A DNA stretch of 64,000 nt from Lytechinus pictus. Taxonomy: Eukaryota. Below the pieces are notes generated by a model. The model saw nothing but the letters and a program-made list of their open reading frames with translations, ran no database searches and had not been told where the DNA came from. Positions 11,001 through 22,302 of this stretch are shown in pieces; position 1 is the first letter of the stretch, and each line of letters opens with the position of its first letter. The DNA lies in assembly GCF_037042905.1 (NCBI RefSeq), contig NC_087251.1:44580001-44644000 (forward strand), in the 5' to 3' direction. The translations under genes and the position numbers were made by a program.

Positions 11001-14000
11001 ATTGTCATTATTTTGGTTAATTCCATAAAAACTGCCGGATTAGCGCCAAAGATGCTGAATCGACGCCAGTTTTATGCACATTGATATGAATGGGGAATTT
11101 AAAATACAAGTTGTGAATCTTTTTCCATAAATGATTTCTGCTTTACTTGCTCCATGCTGTCTTTTCCATCAAGTTGGACAAACCAACACTTTGATTTGGG
11201 TTCATTGTCATTATTTTGGTTAATTCCATAAAAACTGCCGGATTAGCGCCAAAGATGCTGAATCGACGCCAGTTTTATGCACATTGATATGAATGGGGAA
11301 TTTAAACTACAAGTTGTCAATCTTTTTCCATAAATGATTTCTGCTTTACTAGCTCCATGCTGTCTATTCCATCAAGTTGGACAAACCAACACTTTGATTT
11401 GGGTTCATTGTCATTATTTTGGTTAATTCCATAAAAACTGCCGGATTAGCGCCAAAGATGCTGAATCGACGCCAGTTTTATGCACATTGATATGAATGGG
11501 GAATTTAAAATACAAGTTGTCAATCTTTTTCCATAAATGATTTCTGCTTTACTTGCTCCATGCTGTCTTTTCCATCAAGTTGGACAAACCAACACTTTGA
11601 TTTGGGTTCATTGTCATTATTTTGGTTAATTCCATAAAAACTGCCGGATTAGCGCCAAAGATGCTGAATCGACGCCAGTTTTATGCACATTGATATGAAT
11701 GGGGAATTGAAAATACAAGTTGTCAATCTTTTTCCATAAATGATTTCTGCTTTACTTGCTCCATGCTGTCTTTTCCATCAAGTTGGACAAACCAACACTT
11801 TGATTTGGGTTCATTGTCATTATTTTGGTTAATTCCATAAAAACTGCCGGATTAGCGCCAAAGATGCTGAATCGACGCCAGTTTTATGCACATTGATATG
11901 GGGAATTTCAAAAATACAAGTTGTCAATCTTTTTCCATTAATGATTTCTGCTTTTCCAGCTCCATGCTGTCTTTTCCATCAAGTTGGACAAACCAACACT
12001 TTGATTTGGGTTCATTGTCATTATTTTGGTTAATTCCATAAAAACTGCCGGATTAGCGCCAAAGATGCTGAATCGACGCCAGTTTTATGCACATTGATAT
12101 GAATGGGGAATAGAAAATACAAGTTGTCAATCTTTTTCCATAAATGATTTCTGCTTTACTAGCTCCATGCTGTCTATTCCATCAAGTTGGACGAACCAAC
12201 ACTTTGATTTGGGTTCATTGTCATTATTTTGGTTAATTCCATAAAAACTGCCGGATTGGCGCCAAAGATGCTGAATCGACGCCAGTTTTATGCACATTGA
12301 TATGATCATGATGATGGGGGAATTGAAAATACAAGTTGTCAATCTTTTTCCATAAATGATTTCTGCTTTACTAGCTCCATGCTGTCTATTCCATCAAGTT
12401 GGACAAACCAACACTTTGATTTGGGTTCATTGTCATTATTTTGGTTAATTCCATAAAAACTGCCGGATTAGCGCCAAAGATGCTGAATCGACGCCAGTTT
12501 TATGCACATTGATATGAATGGGGAATTTAAAATACAAGTTGTCAATCTTTTTCCATGAATGATTTCTGCTTTACTTGCTCCATGCTGTCTTTTCCATCAA
12601 GTTGGACAAACCAACACTTTGATTTGGGTTCATTGTCATTATTTTGGTTAATTCCATAAAAACTGCCGGATTAGCGCCAAAGATGCTGAATCGACGCCAG
12701 TTTTATGCACATTGATATGAATGGGGAATTGAAAATACAAGTTGTCAATCTTTTTCCATAAATGATTTCTGCTTTACTTGCTCCATGCTGTCCTTTCCAT
12801 CAAGTTGGACAAACCAACACTTTGATTTGGGTTCATTGTCATTATTTTGGTTAATTCCATAAAAACTGCCGGATTAGCGCCAAAGATGCTGAATCGACGC
12901 TAGTTTTATGCACATTGACATGATCATGATGATGAGGGAATTGAAAATACAAGTTGTCAATCTTTTTCCATGAATGGTTTCTGCTTTACTAGCTCCATGC
13001 TGTCTTTTCCAACAAGTTGGACAAACCAACACTTTCATTTGGGTTCATTATCATTATTTTGGTTATTTCCATAAAAAACTGCCGGATTTTGCTGGATTTA
13101 CGCCAGTATAACTGCACTTGATAGGGTAAAGTTGTAAGTGGTGAGGCGCACCCGCGATTCCCAATGTGTTACCGTAATATTAATATTAATGAGCAACGTC
13201 ATCGGTCGAACGAGATCTCCAAGCTCATGAATATTAATGACCTGCCGGATCGACGCCAATATAGTCTCAACCGTCGATGATATGGATGATACGATGACTG
13301 GGACCACATGTTAGGGTATGGTACACTCTAAGTTAAGATATGTGTAAAAATGTTAATGGTTGTGAATTGTGTTGTCATTGTGAGATAATTCGTGATTCTG
13401 GGCCTGGGAAGAGGGTTGTGCATTGCACTCTAGGCGACACCCCAATACTTACCCGTGCTAATAAACTGGGACTCCACTCACGCGCATTTGGGCCGCCCTA
13501 GCTTAGAACTAAGCAATATTATCTAGAAATTGTCATGAAATATGTTCTATTAAATAAATTGATAATGTTTAATCGGTACTCACCGGTTCTTTTGTTGCAT
13601 TTTCAGACCATTTCTCACAATTCTTCGTAAATATTTGCGGCAAATTTTGTCGCCATAGACAGCTATACATCCATCTTTATTAATAAATGGAGCGCCCTTT
13701 ACGATAGTTGTTAATGCCGCGGAGAAATCGTTAGGCATTTTGGCATGTGTTCAAGGCGTTCTTTCTGTTTTATTTTTTATATTGAAGATTGTGCATTTGT
13801 TGAATAGCGCCGTCTACGTCAGGTATGAGATCGAGTGTATAAATACACTCTTCCAAAATAATTATGATTCCGACCTGGCGCTGTTTAACTTCAATCTCTT
13901 TCACCTAAATTAGCGATGAATGCTAGCATTATAAAATATATATTATTAACGTCTGACGAAAAGAATAACCAACCGATCAGCTGACGAGAACGCGAATCAC

Positions 14001-17000
14001 GTGATCTTCATATCAGCTTCGATCGCGAGTCAGAAGTGAAGAGCAACTGCCCAGAAAATCAGGAAAAAGCCGTGAAAATGTAAGTTCCCCTTCATTTCTT
14101 TCATTTTTTTTGTTGTTGCTAACGATGCATTTACACTATAAAATTATAATTTAAATAAGAGAAAGGAATATAGCTTGTACTTGTGATATAATATATAAAT
14201 ATCCTGTTCTCAGAGATTTCTAACCAAAAATACTACTGATGTCGCCTATGAGGTCCATACATGTAATGTTTGGACCTCATTGGTACTACTCAGTAGCACT
14301 ATAGGCGACACCCCAATACTTACCCGTGCTAATAAACTGGGACTCCACTCACGCGCATTTGGGCCGCCCTAGCTTAGAACTAAGCAATATTATCTAGAAA
14401 TTGTTAAACTCTAGTCATGAAATATGTTCTATTAAATAAATTGATAATGTTTAATCGGTACTCACCGGTTCTTTTGTTGCATTTTCAGACCATTTCTCAC
14501 AATTCTTCGTAAATATTTGCGGCAAATTTTGTCGCCATAGACAGCTTAGCATCCATCTTTATTGATAAATGGAGCGCCCTTTACGATAGTTGTTAATGCC
14601 GTTAGGCATTTTGGCCTGTGTTCAAGGCGTTCTTTCTGTTTTATTTTTTATATTGAAGATTGTGCATTTGTTGAATAGCGCCGTCTACGTCAGGTATGAG
14701 ATCGAGTGTATAAATACACTCTTCCAAAATAATTATGATTCCGACCTGGCGCTGTTTAACTTCAATCTCTTTCACCTAAATTAGCGATGAATGCTAGCAT
14801 TATAAAATATATATTATTAACGTCTGACGAAAAGAATAACCAACCGATCAGCTGACGAGAACGCGAATCACGTGATCTTCATATCAGCTTCGATCGCGAG
14901 TCAGAAGAGAAGAGCAGCTGCCCAGAAAATCAGGAAAAAGCCGTGAAAATGTAAGTTCCCCTTCATTTCTTTCATTTTTTGTTGTTGCTAACGATGCATT
15001 TACACTATAAAATTATAATTTAAATAAGAGAAAGGAATATAGCTTGTACTTGTGATATAATATATAAATATCCTGTTCTCAGAGATTTCTAACCAAAAAT
15101 ACTACTGATGTCGCCTATGAGGTCCATACATGTAATGTTGGACCTCATTGGTACTAGGAGTGGTGCATTGTGTGGTCTGCAGTGACCCAGTGTTGCCTGA
15201 GTGTCAGTCTCGGCTCTGAACATGCTGAACAGCCAGAGGAAAGTCTGAAACGAGAAAGAGAGAGAACAGTTGAGAATCGAGATCTTATTTCGACATGTAT
15301 TGTTACTGGACTTAGTCAAATTTCTAGTTTTTTTAATTATTTCTCCTCGTACACAGATGGCTCGCGAACGTGCAGCTGCCATTTTGGGGGTTGCAATGCA
15401 AAAAAAACCCGTTGGCGACGGGGGTCTTTGATTTTTCACTTTATTCTAAATAATTACATAAAAAATTCCCTAATAGAAAGTTGATTATTCTGTTTTTGCA
15501 CCAAAACGGGAAAAAATGAACTTAAAAGGGAAAAAAAGGAGTGACTTACTTCGAGTTAGGCTGTCGTACAACTCCCATTATATCCGAAGGTGTTATAATA
15601 CACAAACATATTATGGCCTTCGGAAAAACTTCTGGGTCGAAACCATTGGCCAATCAGATCATCCCTTCTAATATCTGGTTGGATTGCTTGTCGATCGTAC
15701 GCAAGCGACAAACGTTCAAGTTTCAACTCATGGAAACATCTAGGCACTGTAAATGATGTAAGGGTCAAAGGGTGGAGTCTGTGGTCACTTTTATGAATAT
15801 TCAGAACCAAGATGGCAACTTACAGATTCATCTCATGAAGAATTTGATTTTAACCAGTTTCCAGGCGGGAATATAGGGTAAGAAATTAGTCCAAGGGTAC
15901 GATATAATTAAATACAGCGGTCGTAATAGGTTATGTACTTAGGTAATACTAATAAGATTAAACTTGTTTGTGGGGGTTCTTTTTAACTTTGCTATTTCTG
16001 CCATTTATCCCTGTACAGATCAAGTTAGAACTTCGGTCTCTGTAATTGGTGAGTGGAGCCAGCGGAGTTCAGCGGAACAACCAATATAATGGAGACCGAA
16101 GCTTTTGGTCTAAAACCAGTCTAGAATCTAGATCTAGACTGTCTATTTGCTTTTTTACCATCTTGTTTTGTTGTTTCCTTATAGAAATTACAAATGTATT
16201 TTTGCTTCTTTTTGTTATTAAATTTTTTTTTTGAAATTCCTTGTCTACAATTAGGAAAGTCCTCAATAAAATAGCACAATTCCTATCCAGGATAGATCTA
16301 TATTAAAAGAATATAGATCGATGTGGAGCTACATTATTTCTACAGAGTGAAGGTATCTAAACCTTTTACAACACTCGACTCTGCCCAGTGACTAATCTGC
16401 AACTAATTGCTTGTGGTATTACTGAAGATGCAGATTGAGGCTCTACGCTGCACTGTATTGATGGCACAGGTTTTTAATCCTGCTCTTGACTTGATGGTTG
16501 ATATTGATGGCTAAAAGATTTGTAATAAATTGATAATAGTAGTTTTTTTCCATTTCATGTAGACAAGGCAATACTGAATTTCAAAAACTAAGAAAATATT
16601 CACTTAGTCTGGTGGATGTAATGGCAGCTGGGCATGATAACGAATTTGGATTTTTTTTTCGGGTGAATAGTTTAAAATATTATGTGCACATGAAGTTATT
16701 TTGTGACTCGTATTTTGTGCGCTTTGACTTTATTAGTTGAGGTAATGCAATCGCATTCCAAAAGGAAGACAACAAACATACTCAATTGTGTCTGTTTGAC
16801 CATGATCATGCATTTGACCTACGAGCTCCCGGAAATTTCATGGTTGTCTAACCTTGATTTAGCTTAAAAACTAAAAGCCTTGGGATCATTGTATTTACTG
16901 ACAGCATACAGGGCTCCACAAACCTCAGCTTTTTGCACAAAGTTAATCGATTCCCAGGGAGTGGAGGATGTGCATACATTGTGTGCGGGAATGACTGATT

Positions 17001-19973
17001 GAATCCAATGACCGGGTTAACAATATATCTGTAAAGCGCTTAGACACATCGTTGCGATGTATTAAGCGCTATATAAAAGCGGATTATTATTAATTTTATT
17101 ATTATTATTACTTATTATTTGTACTGCACTTTTCCCATTAGGCCCAAAGCGCTTACAATGAATTAATTAAATGTAATATTTTAAAAACTACAAAGTACGA
17201 AAGAGATGAGTTTTTTATTTACTTTTTGAAAATTGCAAATATTGGAGACTGTCTAATTATTATTATCATCCCTTTAATAAACAGTCATAAACATGAAAAT
17301 AGTTTTTCATAAAATTATCCACAGGTAAAGAACAGAGAGCATGAACTCCAAGTCAAGAAAGAAGAGCTGCTGCTTATGAGAAAGGAGCATGATGAAGATA
17401 TCAAAGAAAGGGAGAGGATTATCACCGCAGCCAGAGAGAATCAACCTGGTGTACAAGGGAAGAAAATGTAAGATATTAATTTTGTTCCTTGGCTTGCTAA
17501 TGCAATATAAATGTTAATGAGAATGTCCCACTCTTCCTTATCTGCAGTCGAGATAATCATGATGATGTAGGAAGAAATTATGTAATATTTTAATTTGTTT
17601 CTTGGTTTGCTAAATACAATGTAATTGTTAATGTGAATTACTCAATCTTCCCTATCTGTCTGTTAGGAGAAAAGCAATTCTAGATGAATATCAAGGGTCA
17701 TTCTGTGTCTTTGTTATTTTTTCTTCAAGAAAACACCAATGAACACCTTGGAAAATGAAAAAAAATACATTATAGGTTTATATAGGCATGATTAACAATT
17801 TATTTTGGAAATTAATGTACTGAATGAGACCCTTTTAATTTTGGACAAAACATCACATTTTGACAGATTTTTTTCCATCAAAATATATGCCCTAATGGTA
17901 TATACATTTAGAAAATATTCTTATTTTTTTTAATTTGATTTGTGTACACTCCAATTTTCTTTCAGGTTTGATGAAGTATTTAGACTTGTTGATAGCTGCT
18001 ATCATCTACAGCTCTTGATTTGTGAACTTCAAGAACAACTTGCATTTGCAAAGGAATCGTGCGAAGAAAAGGACAGTATTTGTTTACTTAAAGGTATAGT
18101 AGCTGTGAGATTTATTCAGTGAAGAGTAATTATGTTGATTGTTTTCAAGAAAATAAGAATCATTTCTCTGTGTACTTTCAAGAGTGGAAAATGTAGATAA
18201 ATGCCTTGCCAAAGGACACAAGTGCTGCCGTGGGATATGAACCCGGACCTTGTGGGTCAAAGTCGGGAGACTTATCCACTGAGCCACAACACTTCTTCCA
18301 AGTGGTGTTAGACCAAGTGGATAATAAACAAAATGGATATAGCTTCTTTAGCATCAGAATAAATGGTAAATGGGCTAAATCAAATGGCAATTAGAACTAA
18401 TGTGTAGTTGACAAACTAGGATGAGGTCATGTGGGATGAGTCCAAATGGAAAGAACCTGAAGTGGGTGTACTGTAGACAAGCAGAAAATTACTAATAAAT
18501 ATTTTAAACTTTGTAACTCCTTCCTGAATTTCCAATTTTGTATTTGCAGGTCTAACTGAAGCCCAAGATGTTCCTGAAAATATGGACCCATCTACCATGT
18601 TATCTGCCTGGTATCAACAGATGAAGAAACATGTTCAGGATAGGATTAGCCAACAGTGTAAGATCACGTTCTTAATATAATTTTCTTGTGGTATCATATA
18701 ATGTTTTGTGGTCATTGTCAGGCCACTAGAGGAGAAGCAGCCTGTTACATGAAAAGAAACCATTAATAAGATGATGATGATGTTTTGGGACTATCGACCA
18801 AATATGGTGTGACAACTGACAAATCTGTACAAACTTTTAAAGAGTGTTTGTTTATACTTGGTATTTTTGTATGTTTGCTTTTATTTCTGTTTGAAACTTC
18901 AAATAATTCAATAAAAAATGTTTTTACATATAAAGTATACAAAAATATTCCAGGATATAAAACAAAACACCATAATCATAGTATATAAATAATGCACATA
19001 CACCGATGCGAAGTATAAACTTTTCTTTAAAAAATATGCAATCAATGAACGCAAGATACTGCAACACCTGACTGACATACTCATTTTAGTGAATTGTTTT
19101 ATGTTCATGGACTACCTGATAGGATGGTGTATAAAATAAATGTCAAGTAGGATCACATATCAAGTTTGTGACATGTTAAAGCTAAAATCTGATCAATTTT
19201 TTTTCATGTATAATTATATTCATGTATGTAGACCACTGTGTGGATGAAGATTGTTTCTACAATGTCAGACTGTCCTCAGACAACCAAGGAAGAGAAGAAA
19301 GGTGTGCGCCAACAAGCTTGACCTTTTTGACAAGACACAGAGGCTACTGCCTTCATCTCACTATAGAAGAAACTAGGTAAATAAAAAAATTAAAACAATT
19401 AAATGGTTTATTAAACATGAAACATATACAATGCATTGTGTGCAGGAATGACTGATTGAATCCGATGATCGAGGTAATAATCTGTAAGCACACAATGGGT
19501 GATTTCAAGTCCGGTGTTGGCGTTGGTGTTGGTGTTGGAAGCACAATTTTGATTGCTTCCCCTTGCTCTAAAACCTATTCTGAGTTTGTAAAACTGAACC
19601 AGATCACATTATTGACATCTCAACAACTAGTGCGTGACTTTTCATGACCATCTTCATTTTATGTTTGGTGTTATACTTGTGTAAAAGTTGACCTAACACC
19701 AACACCAAAAGGTCAACACTGAACTTGAAATCACCCATTATATTGTTATTATTGTTATAGAAAAGTGTTCATAGTATAATTGGTATTTTCATTGCACACA
19801 GGTCACCGTCCACAGATGGTATTCAACCCACTCTGCACCATGCTTTCACATCAGACATCCACCTTGAAGGGTTAGAGTTGAAAGGTCAAGAGTACCTAGG
19901 AAGGGGTCGGGCTGCCCAAGAGTTCATCATCGAAGAGGTGTGGCCATTAATGGATGAAAATATCTCTTTATGA
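2002..19973 (+). CDS. Six-exon gene for a 245-aa protein with an N-terminal coiled coil and a C-terminal globular domain; tentatively kinetochore Spc24-like
   Basis: Exons 2002-2043, 17325-17467, 17966-18093, 18550-18657, 19232-19376 and 19802-19973. All introns are GT-AG with matching phases (0,2,1,1,2). Total 738 nt, no internal stop, ends in TGA. There is an in-frame upstream stop at 1987. Protein: MQKRKELILDEFET/VKNREHELQVKKEELLLMRKEHDEDIKERERII...GRGRAAQEFIIEEVWPLMDENISL. Exons 2-6 are better supported than the link to exon 1 across the 15.3-kb intron. Confidence 0.7.
2417..3030. mobile_element. 614-bp near-palindromic MITE inserted in the left foldback arm
   Basis: TAACCCAGAGAG...CTCTCTGGGTTA, with arms matching for ~230 bp and imperfectly to ~275 bp. 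The duplication GCGTAAATC sits at 2408-2416 and 3031-3039 (7 bp if the TIR is extended by one base). The uninterrupted site is preserved in the right arm at 13090-13110. Confidence 0.92.
3040..4470 (+). repeat. Left-arm tandem array, about 6 units of ~203-214 bp, interrupted by an unrelated ~180-bp insert (3312-~3493)
   Basis: The anchor AAAACTG(G/A)CGT recurs at 3233, 3616, 3825, 4037, 4251 and ~4456. Confidence 0.95.
4621..5428 (+). mobile_element. Helentron-associated (HINE/DINE-1-like) element with internal ~160-bp tandem repeats
   Basis: Starts in a T-run. Subterminal inverted repeats are GTCTCACCTGCA (4622-4633) and TGCAGGTGAGAC (5394-5405), and it ends ...CACTTGTT. Internal units are anchored by AATC(A/T)AGTAT at 4755, 4918, 5078 and 5236. 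Confidence 0.75.
8087..8138 (+). repeat. (CA)n microsatellite
   Basis: Interrupted CA run read directly from the sequence. Confidence 0.9.
8174..8618. mobile_element. 445-bp element with TAGAC...GTCTA termini and a 9-bp TSD
   Basis: CAGAAATTG at 8165-8173 and 8619-8627. An inverted, longer relative lies at ~15335-16112 and ends at the same ...GCTTTTGGTCTA terminus. Confidence 0.75.
9405..10165 (+). repeat. Degenerate ~100-115-bp tandem repeats inside the hAT element
   Basis: Variants of GCGAGCGCGAAGCGCGAGCTGAAA at about 9408, 9523, 9616, 9728, 9839, 9937 and 10132, most followed by ACATTCTAAGCA-like motifs. Confidence 0.8.
10590..13095 (-). repeat. Right-arm tandem array, about 12 units of 201-213 bp, inverted relative to 3040-4470
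   Basis: The anchor AAACTGCCGG ends at 10620, 10826, 11038, 11241, 11444, 11647, 11850, 12051, 12254, 12466, 12669, 12872 and 13085. Confidence 0.97.
13426..15162. mobile_element. Head-to-tail dimer of an ~865-bp unit flanked by an 8-bp TSD
   Basis: Copies 13426-14288 and 14297-15156 are highly similar, differing by two 11-bp indels and a few substitutions. GTGCATTG lies at 13418-13425 and 15163-15170. Short termini are CACTCTAG / CTAGGAGTG. Confidence 0.8.
15335..16112 (-). mobile_element. Partial, longer relative of the 8174-8618 element
   Basis: Inverted homology blocks: 15335-15590 with 8300-8570, and 16008-16112 with 8174-8280. It has ~400 extra bp in the middle and no TSD was found. 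Confidence 0.65.
16945..17110 (+). mobile_element. SINE 3' part with an L2-like tail
   Basis: CCCAGGGAGTGGAG...GTAAAGCGCTTAGA...AAGCGCTATATAAAA followed by (TTA)n. Related fragments occur at ~19433-19492 and ~33930-34035. Confidence 0.65.
18183..18296 (-). mobile_element. tRNA-derived SINE head
   Basis: The reverse strand reads box A TGGCTCAGTGG, then box B-like GGTTCATATCC, then GTGTCCTTTGGCAAGGCA. Degenerate relatives occur at ~20340-20425 and ~35205-35300. Confidence 0.75.
19497..19736. mobile_element. MITE
   Basis: TIR GGGTGATTTCAAGT / ACTTGAAATCACCC with inner GGTGTT repeats. Confidence 0.75.
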
Positions 19974-20635
19974 GAATGGCTTCATAGTTTGATGGAAAAA
20001 TTCAATAAGCGTACTCCACGGTCGTACGAGGGAGCATTTTATAAAACATAATTTTCACTGACTGCTGTTATAAGCTACTCAGAATTCCTTGCTTCTGATT
20101 GGTTGGGAGCAAATTAGTCAGTGAAAATCACCAACACAAATATCACTGACAAAACTTGCAGAGGAGTTCAAGACAGAACTGCGCTTCCAGAGTTCCACCG
20201 AGATGGCCCTCAAATAAGTTAGTGAGGCCAATCTGGTAGGGCCATATGAATGAAAATAATATAGGGTATTTGTATAGCACACTTATCCACCTTGTCAGGT
20301 GCTCAAGTTGTTCAATTATTACCTCGGTCATTGCTCACAGCTTTTTTTTTTAAGGAATTCATGCCGGTTCCCATTTTCCTCTGTTTCAAAGTCCGGAGAC
20401 TAATCCACTTGGCCACAATGCTCCACACCAACTTGTGTGCCATCCATGCCAAGAGGTTTACCATATGCTAAAAGATAATTCATGAAACACACCCTAGGAC
20501 TGGCAGCAAACGCATGGTAGAGGCAATTTGTTCTTGATGCAGATCAGTTGCTAAACATACTTTTTTTCTAACATATCACAATATATTGGGGGAAGTTATG
20601 ATTGAGATCAGAATCAAGCTTAGGTTAGTATTTAA

Positions 20636-21227
20636 AGGTCAAGTCCACCCCAGAAAAATGTTGATTTGAATAAATAGAGAAAAATAAAACTAGCATAATG
20701 CTGAAAATGTTATCAAAATTGGATGTAAAATAAGAAAGTTATGACATTTTAAAGTTTCGCTTAATTTCACAAAACAGTTATATGCATATCCTGGTCGGTA
20801 TGCAAATGAGACTATGATGTAATCCACTCACTATTTCTTTTGCATTTTATTACATAAAATATGAAATATTATAATGTTCTCCTCATTGTCAAGTGAAACA
20901 ATTATTAATTCCTCCCTGAACATGTGGAATTAGCATTGTTTAATAATTCAGTCAAGTTGGTCTTTGTTGTCAAATATGTAAAAAATGAAATATTGTATAA
21001 GTCAAACAATAAAAATCAAAAGAAATAGTGAGTGAACGACATCATCCGCTGCCTCATTTGAATGTCACTGAATTGTGCATATCATTGCTCTGTGAAAAAT
21101 AAGCGAAACTTTAAGAAGTCATATCTTTTTTATTTTACATCCGATTTTTAAGAAATTTTCAGTGTTATACTAGTTTGATTTTTCTCTATTAATTCAAATA
21201 AATATTTTTCTGGGGTGGACTTAACCT
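20636..21227. mobile_element. TTAA-target MITE (AGGNCAAGTCCACC family)
   Basis: TTAA|AGGTCAAGTCCACCCCAGAAAAAT...ATTTTTCTGGGGTGGACTTAACCT|TTAG with long imperfect arms. Same family as 42169-42766 and 46727-47513. Confidence 0.85.
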
Positions 21228-22302
21228 TTAGGTTTGTGCAGATTTGGTTTAATTGCAATAACAGCCAAGTCTGTGATGCATTAGTGGTGTTGTTCATCGA
21301 TTGATGCAACAAGGACCTATTCATCTTGGGTGTTGAACATTAGGGGTTCGTTGCCAAATGCACTTATCATTCACCAGCGCGAGAAACAGTTACAAAACAC
21401 ACTGAACAGTTCCAAATGTGCGATGTATTTACAACGTTTAATTGCAGATCACCTCTTGCGACTACCTCACGGTTTCACCAATTGTGTGTGTGTGTGTGCG
21501 CAGTTTAGCTCGTGTAATTCAGCAAGTGTATTCAGCAGGCGGTTTGACTGAAAGCTATAGAGAAAATAACATAAATGATAGATGGTCTATAATACAAGAA
21601 AAAAGATACTAGTACTTACTTATAAACAACTAAGTAAATATAAAAGTAAACAGTTCAATACAATTTATATACAACCCATACCAATGCATACGTAATAGTT
21701 GACTGTTATCAGCACGTGAATAAAATCCTAATTATTCATATCTCCATCTTAATTTGGGAAACATAATTATATCATGGTAAATATCAATAAACTCAAGCTG
21801 TGAAAGTATTTTAAAGTCAAATAAAGAACCCATCAATGCATAATGATATGGTTATAACTCACTAACAACTGAGAAGAGTATTCAATTAATACTTAATACA
21901 CTAGTTCTGATAAACTGATAGATACTACTGCTGAAACAATTCTTATACATAAAGATAAATATAAAATAACTCACCAACTGTTAGAACCCGATTAACAACA
22001 GCTTAATCAGGACTACTCTCTTTTTCAAAGTCCAACCTCTCCTCTTAAGAGTGATTTTGAACACAATGAATAATGCTCTTGCTTGAACCCAGTATAAATG
22101 CATCTTCTTCCACACAAAGAGAATTATGGGAAAGTTACACCCTTTGGTCACTGCGTTGGTCATCGGATCTATCACTACTTAAACATATATACCCAATTAG
22201 ACACTGCTAAACACTGGAGTGAAGGAATTTGGAGGATACATATAATACACATGCTATATGCTCTGCTTAAAACTAAGGTGTCCTAATTCTAACTCCCATA
22301 CT

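Larger units (their letters stand above)
2239..13272. mobile_element. Foldback-type non-autonomous DNA transposon with long modular terminal inverted repeats and a 9-bp TSD (MULE/FB-like)
   Basis: TSD GTCGATGAT at 2230-2238 and 13273-13281. Termini are GGTTGAGACTATATTGGCG... and ...CGCCAATATAGTCTCAACC. The ~178-bp outer domains are almost identical inverted copies and are followed inward by inverted arrays of ~203-214-bp units. No transposase ORF was seen. Confidence 0.92.

Noticed and set aside
10590..13095. CRISPR-like array
   Set aside because: The whole 203-bp unit repeats, so there are no unique spacers. There are no cas genes and the context is eukaryotic.
13950..14070. Hammerhead ribozyme (CTGACGA cores in the dimer unit)
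   Set aside because: I could not build stem II closing onto a GAAA, nor a stem I/III pairing with a cleavage triplet.
18183..18296. tRNA gene
   Set aside because: A and B boxes are present, but there is no full cloverleaf and the sequence runs into a SINE body.
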